Shown one piece after another: positions 10,340 through 16,503 of a stretch of DNA of 64,000 nucleotides (position 1 is its first letter; every line of letters begins with the position of its first letter). A program made the translations under genes and the position numbers. The stretch is from an uncultured Flavobacteriales bacterium (GTDB taxonomy: Bacteria; Bacteroidota; Bacteroidia; Flavobacteriales; BACL11), in contig CAJQRK010000019.1 in NCBI GenBank assembly GCA_905612305.1, forward strand, positions 25,811-89,810. Reading direction: 5' to 3'. The notes below the pieces were generated by a model. The model did no database searches and was not told the origin of the DNA. It saw only the letters and a program-made list of their open reading frames with translations.

Positions 10340-10610
10340 TATATAGCTAATAAGGAACTACAGAATGAGAAAGGCTTAGATAAGTATATAGATATGATAC
10401 TAACTGAGAAAAAAAGTAATGAGTATTATTATTTTCATTGCTGTATTATTTTTTAATTGTGGCTAATAATTGGTTATGTGCAATTTTACAAAAAGTAATC
10501 GATAACCAATTTGATTTATTTACTCTTTTAATTCTTGTATTTGCCTTGGGAAGTCTAAACCAATAAAATTATTTTAAAAAATATCTGATTACTCAGAAAA
10601 TTAAAATATT

Positions 10611-10726
10611 TTCTTAAGTTTGTTTTAGTAGATTGGTTAGCGGTGGAAAAAGTGGTGCAAATTTAAGTTTAAAAGCTTGCTGTAATCATGTAAATAGAGT
10701 GTAGGTTGTAATCCTGCTACCCCAAC
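10611..10726 (+). repeat. Islet repeat copy A (promoter-like box, about 68-nt conserved leader, about 48-nt diverged core ending GGTTGTAATCCTGCTACCCCAAC)
   Basis: The first 68 nt match copy C (14376-) with 2 substitutions and 1 indel. Nt 10662-10726 match copy B (12005-12070) at roughly 75-80%. Confidence 0.85.
10615..10622 (+). promoter_or_regulatory. Candidate Bacteroidota -7 promoter element TAAGTTTG (TAnnTTTG)
   Basis: Exact match to the TAnnTTTG consensus, conserved identically in copy C, and located 165 nt upstream of the 10787 ATG. I saw no clear -33 TTTG. Confidence 0.4.
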
Positions 10727-10786
10727 TTTTTTCTGTTTTATTATGCTTAGCATAATACTTCCTTTTTTTTTACTTTTCTTTGCTTT

Positions 10787-11326
10787 ATGAAAAAACTAAT
10801 TTCACTTTTAATAACGCTAACTACATTTATAAATATGAGTTATGCTTCTTTTCCAATTGTTGATAATTTGGAAGTAAAACAAGATACAATACAAACAGAA
10901 GAAATAAAACAATATCATTATAATTTGCAAAAAATGGGTATTGATTTGCATTCTTGTAAATGTGAAAGTTGCAGGCATGGAGTTATTCCTTTGGTAAGTA
11001 AACCAAAGACTCTTCCCAAGAAAAAAGAAATTGAAATACAAAAAGAGAAAACTGAACTAAATGGCAATCAATTTGTATTTCTATCTGTATTTTCTGCGAT
11101 AGGATCGCTTTTCTTTGGTTTTTTATCATTGGGTCATGCTTTTTCTCATAATAGTTCATATTCATCGGTTTTACTTTTTTTTATACTATCTCTTATTTCA
11201 GTTGTAGGCTCCGTTATATTAGCTATAAAAGCAAAAAAACAAGGAGTTAATTGGGGTGTGTCAATGTTAGGTGTTGGAATTGCAGTCTTAGCAGTATTAT
11301 TTCTATTCCCCCTTTTTTTTGTTTGA
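10787..11326 (+). CDS. Hypothetical secreted/membrane protein (signal peptide, CxCxxC motif, 3 C-terminal TM helices)
   Basis: 179 aa. It has an N-terminal signal-like MKKLISLLITLTTFINMSYA|SFPI, an HSCKCESCRHG motif, a Lys-rich linker and then hydrophobic helices. I recognise no family. Confidence 0.6.
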   Translation: MKKLISLLITLTTFINMSYASFPIVDNLEVKQDTIQTEEIKQYHYNLQKMGIDLHSCKCESCRHGVIPLVSKPKTLPKKKEIEIQKEKTELNGNQFVFLSVFSAIGSLFFGFLSLGHAFSHNSSYSSVLLFFILSLISVVGSVILAIKAKKQGVNWGVSMLGVGIAVLAVLFLFPLFFV

Positions 11327-11370
11327 CAAAAGTTTATGTCAGAAAAATATAATTTACTAGAATAAATAAA

Positions 11371-11399
11371 AACCCACTCATTTGAGTGGGTTTCTTTTT
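11371..11399 (+). terminator. Intrinsic terminator of the 179-aa gene
   Basis: AACCCACTC (11371-79) pairs with GAGTGGGTT (11384-92) as a perfect 9-bp stem with a 4-nt loop, followed by TCTTTTT. A second small hairpin GGACC-TTAC-GGTCC lies at 11403-11416. Confidence 0.75.
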
Positions 11400-11450
11400 G
11401 GTGGACCTTACGGTCCTTATTTCGAACTTTTTTAGCAAATTATTGAATAT

Positions 11451-11476
11451 AAGGCTCTGATCTTGCTACGCCCAAT
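11451..11476 (+). repeat. Degenerate partial repeat copy D (AAGGCTCTGATCTTGCTACGCCCAAT)
   Basis: Matches about 19-20 of 25 positions of the tail of copy A (TAGGTTGTAATCCTGCTACCCCAAC) and sits just after the terminator. Confidence 0.4.
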
Positions 11477-11587
11477 AGCGTACTGTATTTATATCATTAA
11501 ATTATCTTCTATTTTCTTTTACATCAATTTTTTCAAATTTTCTGTAATAAATTCAGATTTCTAAAAAAGTTCTTTCTAATAATTGAA

Positions 11588-11734
11588 TTAATATTTATGT
11601 TTGAAGCTTTCTGGAATCTCTGGATCATTCATCATATCTCTCTCTTGTTCATTATGACCTTTAGTAACTATTAATAATAGTCCTGTTATATAAAGTGTAA
11701 ATATTATTGATCCTATGATAAACATGGAATTCAT
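11588..11734 (-). CDS. Unannotated 48-aa single-TM micro-protein (MNSMFIIGSIIFTLYITGLLLIVTKGHNEQERDMMNDPEIPESFKHKY)
   Basis: It is below the ORF-track cutoff. Its ATG overlaps the TGA of the upstream 73-aa ORF as ATGA (11731-11734), which suggests translational coupling. Confidence 0.45.
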   Translation of the reverse strand: MNSMFIIGSIIFTLYITGLLLIVTKGHNEQERDMMNDPEIPESFKHKY

Positions 11735-11952
11735 AATCTAATATTTTTATTATCACGGTTAGCTTGATGTATTGCTAGGTAGAATCCTAAAATTGAAGGC
11801 ACCCATATCCCTACAAATATTCCTTCTAATTGATTGCCGCTAAACCATAATGAAACAGAATAGAGGAAAGAGATAAATGCAAGAAAAATAGCATAATATT
11901 TTCTCCAAAAGCGTATTATTTTTTTCATTTTTATAATTGTTATTTTGTGCAA
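11731..11952 (-). CDS. Small 2-TM membrane protein (65-73 aa)
   Basis: The track start at 11952 is TTG. An ATG at 11928 (MKKIIRFWRKYY...) is the more likely start. It has two hydrophobic helices and no family I recognise. Confidence 0.5.
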   Translation of the reverse strand: MHKITIIKMKKIIRFWRKYYAIFLAFISFLYSVSLWFSGNQLEGIFVGIWVPSILGFYLAIHQANRDNKNIRL

Positions 11953-12004
11953 ATTTACTTTTTTTTATATAAACGCATAAGATTATATTAAAAAAGTTAT
12001 ACAC

Positions 12005-12070
12005 TTTAAGTTTAAAAGATTATTGTAATCTAGTGAAATAGGTGTTGGTTGTAATCCTGCTACCGCGAAT
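12005..12070 (+). repeat. Islet repeat copy B (core only; ORF-less)
   Basis: TTTAAGTTTAAAAGATTATTGTAATCTAGTGAAATAGGTGTTGGTTGTAATCCTGCTACCGCGAAT aligns along its length with the cores of copies A and C. Confidence 0.8.
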
Positions 12071-12134
12071 TAATTAAATAAAAAAACAACTCTGAATTGA
12101 GTGGGCTTTATATTTATTAGGAGATCTCTGAAGT

Positions 12135-13202
12135 CTAATTTTTAAGAGATTCAAAAATAGCAGTTAACTTATTATCATTTCTTACCACATAATCTGATTC
12201 TAATATAATTTTTTTCATATTTTCCTTACGATCCTTTGTTAATGGGTGTGAACTGATGATTTTTGGCACAGAAAATTTACTTTTTTTTTCTAATTGCTCA
12301 AATAGCTTAACCATTCCGTAGGGGTTAACATTGTTGTTAATAAGAGTTTTTAAGCCTTGTTCATCAGCTTCTTCTTCAAATTCTCTCGAATAAGAAAGGG
12401 AATGAAGTTGTTGAGCATTTTTGGCTAATAAAGACATAATTCCGTTAACGTCACTAAAAAGCAAAGAAATCATCATATAGCCTGCAAGATTTCTAGAAAG
12501 AATTTTTATTGAATGCCGGTGATAAACATGAGACGCTTCATGAGAAAGTAAAGCTACAAGTTGATCATAACTTTTCATTTCGTCTAAAATTGCAGTATAA
12601 ATAACAATTTGACCGTTAGGAAGGGCAAAGGCATTTACTTCACTTGACTTTACAACAGTAAATTCTAGAGGTTTTGTATTGCCAAAATTCAGCTCTGCGG
12701 CAAACTGTTTTAGATGTTTAGTTTTTTCGACATCTATTTTGCTTTCTTCTAGAATAGTTTCGATAACCATATTTCCAATATGGTTATCGAAACTTTCTGG
12801 TAATAAAGCGGCTGAATTTTCAGCAATTGGAGGCAAAATGTAGAGATACATTAAACAAATCGATACTAGCACACAAACTGCAACAATTGAAATCTTTGAA
12901 AAACCAAGACTTAACAGTCTTGTATGAATATCTATAGCCTTCTTTTTCTTCATCGCTTGATAAAATTTTCGTGCAAAATCTTTATCGTCAACTTTCAATA
13001 TTGCATCCAAGTAGTTTTTATTTCTTATCTCAAGTAAATTGTCATAACTTTCAACTTGTAAGTCTGACAAATACCAAATAAGCGAATCTCCATCTTCTGT
13101 TTGCAAACAGAGTTGATTTTTTGAATCATTAAATAGGATTGAAATTTGTTTTGAGGCAGAAGATAGTCCATCAAAATACCTTCCCTCAATTGTATTATTC
13201 AT
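12135..13202 (-). CDS. M48 family zinc metallopeptidase with an N-terminal cytoplasmic domain and one TM helix
   Basis: HEASH at aa 221-225 (nt 12528-12542) and a downstream SREFEEEADEQG (the M48 third-ligand region). There is a TM helix at about aa 99-125 and an N-terminal GRYFDG...domain. Confidence 0.85.
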   Translation of the reverse strand: MNNTIEGRYFDGLSSASKQISILFNDSKNQLCLQTEDGDSLIWYLSDLQVESYDNLLEIRNKNYLDAILKVDDKDFARKFYQAMKKKKAIDIHTRLLSLGFSKISIVAVCVLVSICLMYLYILPPIAENSAALLPESFDNHIGNMVIETILEESKIDVEKTKHLKQFAAELNFGNTKPLEFTVVKSSEVNAFALPNGQIVIYTAILDEMKSYDQLVALLSHEASHVYHRHSIKILSRNLAGYMMISLLFSDVNGIMSLLAKNAQQLHSLSYSREFEEEADEQGLKTLINNNVNPYGMVKLFEQLEKKSKFSVPKIISSHPLTKDRKENMKKIILESDYVVRNDNKLTAIFESLKN

Positions 13203-13205
13203 AGG

Positions 13206-14174
13206 TTAACTGACTTCTATATCTAAGAAATCCATTGCATCTTCACCAAGTGCGTCAGTATATTCTTCTTCAGTTTGTTGAATTTTATCGAAGTTAATAT
13301 TCCCTTCCATTTTTACATTATCGCAAACAAATTTTTGTGTCCGTATATATGCCCATGGTAATCCGAGCCCTAAAGTGAAAACTACAATTGCTAAATTACC
13401 TATTAATAGCTCGAAAAAACTACCTCCAGTTGCTATTGAACTGCAAGTAATATTTTGCTCTCCTTTTTTCATTTTTAAATTGTTCCAGTAATAATTGAAA
13501 ATGTCACGTTGCCACCAGAACATGTAAATACCCAAAGTTATTATTGTAAGAAAATATCCTTTCAAGTTAAGCAAAAACCAGTCAAATCCATCACTATCAT
13601 TTGAAAACTCGATATCACCATAACGAATGTGTCTGTGAGTAAATCTGCGAAGATTCATTGCTAGCCATGAACCATAAATACCTAAAGTAATGATAGTGAA
13701 GAATATCCATTTAAAGAAGTTTTTTACTAATTCATTACGATTACCACGATAGCCTAATCGGATGCTACGATAAGAAGTTCGACTCATTTTGTATCGAAGC
13801 GATCCATGGACAGCAATTGGGATGGCGGCTAAAATCACAAGGTATAAAAATAACCCCCCTACAATTGGGCCTACAACAAAAGTAATTAATGCAGAAACAA
13901 AAACAGTAACAATGTAAAGCAAAATGACTTTAAGGAATCCAAGAAACATTTCTTTACCAGTACCAGAAAAATGAAAACGTTCATTATTTAGTGCTGTCTG
14001 CCCGTAAATGTAGCGAAGTTTTTTAGCTCTTGCCCATGGGTAATAAAGTCCAAGTGTGATTATTGTTAATAGCCAATTGACTATCATGATTCCGAAGTAT
14101 TCTGAGCCTTTTCCGAAAAACTCAAGACTATAATTTTGCGTCTTAGTGGCAGTTTCTACTATTTGTTTTTCCAT
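13206..14174 (-). CDS. DUF898 (YjgN-like) multi-pass membrane protein
   Basis: 322 aa. FFGKGSEYFGIMIVNWLLTIITLGLYYPWARAKKLRY and two further internal TLGIY/TLGLG..PWA repeats are typical of YjgN/DUF898. The stop lies 3 nt from the M48 start. Confidence 0.8.
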   Translation of the reverse strand: MEKQIVETATKTQNYSLEFFGKGSEYFGIMIVNWLLTIITLGLYYPWARAKKLRYIYGQTALNNERFHFSGTGKEMFLGFLKVILLYIVTVFVSALITFVVGPIVGGLFLYLVILAAIPIAVHGSLRYKMSRTSYRSIRLGYRGNRNELVKNFFKWIFFTIITLGIYGSWLAMNLRRFTHRHIRYGDIEFSNDSDGFDWFLLNLKGYFLTIITLGIYMFWWQRDIFNYYWNNLKMKKGEQNITCSSIATGGSFFELLIGNLAIVVFTLGLGLPWAYIRTQKFVCDNVKMEGNINFDKIQQTEEEYTDALGEDAMDFLDIEVS

Positions 14175-14375
14175 AATCTTATCTATTAAAAATTAGTTTT
14201 CATTTTCCTTAATCTCAGTTATAATATTTTAACTTCATATAACATGTTTATATCGATAAAGATAAAAAAGTAAATGGGAAAATCTAAAGAAAAAATAGAT
14301 TTTAATTGTAGACTTAACAATAAACTTAGATTTTTTATTTTAAAAAGTAATTTCTAATCAAAAATTTAATATAAT

Positions 14376-14489
14376 TTCTTAAGTTTGTTTTAGTAGATTG
14401 GTTAGCGGTGCAAAAGTGGTGCAAATTTTAGTTTAAAAGCTTTCTGCAATCTAGCGAAATAAGTGTTGGTTGTAATACTGCTGCTTTAC
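14376..14489 (+). repeat. Islet repeat copy C (promoter-like box, conserved leader, diverged core)
   Basis: See copy A. The core is ...CTGCAATCTAGCGAAATAAGTGTTGGTTGTAATACTGCTGCTTTAC. Confidence 0.85.
14380..14387 (+). promoter_or_regulatory. Candidate -7 promoter element TAAGTTTG
   Basis: Identical to the box in copy A and located 162 nt upstream of the 14549 ATG. Confidence 0.4.
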
Positions 14490-14548
14490 TTTTTTAATCT
14501 CACATTTTTTTATAATTTTTTATAAAAATCTGCGTTTGAAATATACTT

Positions 14549-15013
14549 ATGGAAAACAATGAAAAAATATTAAAAAAACTATACACAACGGGTAAGCGAG
14601 AAATCCAACCTATGCAATTAATTCCATTGAAATTTAATTTTAATGAATTATTTACTCGTCAATCGGTGGCATTAGGGGTTATAACATATTATTTCTGGAA
14701 AGATGTAAAATATGGAGAATACCTTTTAGAAAGAGTTGAGAAAACAGGTCAGACTGAGGATGATAACCCAAAATATTTTATAAAGAAAATAGAAAAAGAT
14801 GATGACAGTCCTGAGGAGAATGACATGAAGATTCTTAAAGATTTTCTGGTGAATTCTGATGATGGATCATACTCAACTTGTAAGAAATATTTAGAAAGTT
14901 ATCCTGACACATTACTCAAATGGTTTCAAATAAATAAGACGCAGGGGGGTAATGGTGTGGCTCAATGGATTTCATGGACTGAGCTTAGCCTTGAAGAACT
15001 AGACAACGCTTAG
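14549..15013 (+). CDS. Hypothetical acidic 154-aa protein, directly abutting the downstream nuclease gene
   Basis: I recognise no motif. It has an acidic stretch KDDDSPEENDMK, and its TAG stop (15011-13) directly abuts the next ATG (15014). Confidence 0.6.
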   Translation: MENNEKILKKLYTTGKREIQPMQLIPLKFNFNELFTRQSVALGVITYYFWKDVKYGEYLLERVEKTGQTEDDNPKYFIKKIEKDDDSPEENDMKILKDFLVNSDDGSYSTCKKYLESYPDTLLKWFQINKTQGGNGVAQWISWTELSLEELDNA

Positions 15014-16483
15014 ATGGCTCGCAAATATCTTTCCAAGTCAACATTTATCAAAGGTGTTCAGTGTGAGAAAGCTCTCTATCTTCATAGATTCAATTCTGAA
15101 TTAGCAGATGAAATATCTCAGCAGAAAGAAGCTGTATTTCAAACAGGAACTAATGTTGGAATATTAGCGCAAGAATTATTTCCTGAAGGAATAGATGCTA
15201 GCCCTAAAGATTACACTAAATATTTTGAGTCTTTCAAGTACACCCAACAATTAATCAATGAAGGAGTGGAAGTTATTTATGAAGCAGGATTTTGCTTTGA
15301 TTATGTGATGTGTTTTGTAGATATACTGGTCAAAAAAGATGGAAGATGGCATGCATATGAAGTTAAAAGCTCTACTAAAGTTTCTGAAACCTATATTATT
15401 GATGCTTCATTACAATATTATATTATGAAGAATTCAGCAATAGACATTGCTGATATATCTATTGTTCATATTGACAATAATTACGTAAGAAATGGAGAGA
15501 TTGATTTAAATCAGTTATTTCATTCAGTTTCTGTAATAAATCAAGCGCAAAATAATAATGATTATGTAAAAAATAAATTACTGGACCTTCACACTACTCT
15601 TTCTAAAGATTCAGCACCAATTGTTGATATTGGTAAGCATTGTAGTTATCCGTATACTTGTAATTTTAAAGGTTATTGCTGGAAACACATACCTCAATAC
15701 TCAATTTTTGATATTTCTCGTTTAAATAAAAAAATAAAGTGGAGCTTATATAACAGCAGATACATTGAAATTAAAGATATTCCAATAGACACTAAGCTTT
15801 CTGATAATCAAAAGATAGAAATAGATTCTTATATAAATCAAACAGAAATAATACAAAAAATTAAGATTAGAGAATTTGTTAATAGCTTATCAAGTAATAT
15901 TTATCATTTAGATTTTGAGACCTATCAATCAGCTGTACCACCATTTAATGGCCTTAAGCCATATCAGCAGATTCCTTTTCAATATTCTGCTCATTATGAG
16001 AATAATGGTACTATAGAACATTATGAGTTCTTAGCCGACCCCTCTAATGATCCTAGAGAAGCTTTTGTTAAAGCTTTAATTAACGATATGAAAAAAGATG
16101 GGGATATTCTTGTTTATAATATTGGTTTTGAAAGAGGTAGATTGAATGAACTAATAAGGATTTTTCCAAAATACCAAAGCCAGCTTGAGTCAATTATTGG
16201 TAGAATGAAGGATTTAATGATTCCATTTAAAGAAAAATGGTATTATGTTCCTGCTATGAAAGGCAGTTATTCAATTAAGTATGTTTTACCAGCGCTTGTA
16301 CCCTCTCTTTCTTATGATGATTTAGATATTAATAATGGATCTTTAGCAAGCTCCACATTTGCAAATCTTCATAATGTTAGCGATTTAGATCAAATTAAGA
16401 AAATAAGAAAACACTTACTTGAATATTGTAAGTTAGACACATTTGCAATGGTCAAGATATTAGAAGTACTAAGATCAGTTTAA
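15014..16483 (+). CDS. Dual-nuclease fusion: Cas4-like PD-(D/E)XK nuclease with a 4-Cys cluster plus a DEDDy 3'-5' exonuclease (DUF2779-like)
   Basis: D103...E116-V-K118 core. Cys residues are C17 and C210-x5-C216-x5-C222. Exonuclease motifs are ExoI LD300FE302T, ExoII YNIGFE373 and ExoIII Y471CKLD475. The N-terminus YLSKSTFIKGVQCEKALYL resembles DUF2779 as I recall it. Confidence 0.75.
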   Translation: MARKYLSKSTFIKGVQCEKALYLHRFNSELADEISQQKEAVFQTGTNVGILAQELFPEGIDASPKDYTKYFESFKYTQQLINEGVEVIYEAGFCFDYVMCFVDILVKKDGRWHAYEVKSSTKVSETYIIDASLQYYIMKNSAIDIADISIVHIDNNYVRNGEIDLNQLFHSVSVINQAQNNNDYVKNKLLDLHTTLSKDSAPIVDIGKHCSYPYTCNFKGYCWKHIPQYSIFDISRLNKKIKWSLYNSRYIEIKDIPIDTKLSDNQKIEIDSYINQTEIIQKIKIREFVNSLSSNIYHLDFETYQSAVPPFNGLKPYQQIPFQYSAHYENNGTIEHYEFLADPSNDPREAFVKALINDMKKDGDILVYNIGFERGRLNELIRIFPKYQSQLESIIGRMKDLMIPFKEKWYYVPAMKGSYSIKYVLPALVPSLSYDDLDINNGSLASSTFANLHNVSDLDQIKKIRKHLLEYCKLDTFAMVKILEVLRSV

Positions 16484-16503
16484 TTATTTTAAAAAATAAC
16501 TCA

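Noticed and set aside
10304-10350. An intact tRNA gene around GGTTCGAATCC.
   Set aside because: The T-stem has only 4 bp. There is no complementary 5' acceptor strand, D-arm or anticodon arm, and the upstream sequence is the end of the MBL-hydrolase CDS. I report it only as a fragment.
10621-10660. CRISPR repeat or tracrRNA-like element, because the leader contains GTTTTAG.
   Set aside because: There are only two full copies, 3.7 kb apart. There is no regular repeat-spacer periodicity, and no cas genes occur anywhere in the window.
10700-10730. Integron attC sites or gene cassettes. The repeat tails end in CCCCAAC / CGCGAAT / GCCCAAT, which loosely resemble the RYYYAAC inverse core.
   Set aside because: I found no matching GTTRRRY partner and no imperfect-palindrome attC structure. 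There is no intI gene in the window, and the cassettes appear to carry their own promoter box, which is atypical for integrons. I kept this only as a loose analogy.
14273-14356. 27-aa ORF (MGKSKEKIDFNCRLNNKLRFFILKSNF) in the divergent promoter region between DUF898 and leader C.
   Set aside because: There is no hydrophobic or other distinguishing feature and no coupling to neighbours. Such ORFs are expected by chance in AT-rich spacers. I cannot support it without conservation data.
10304-16503. Prophage, ICE or IS element.
   Set aside because: There are no integrase, transposase, relaxase, capsid or terminase-like ORFs. I found no terminal inverted repeats flanking the segment, only same-orientation repeats.
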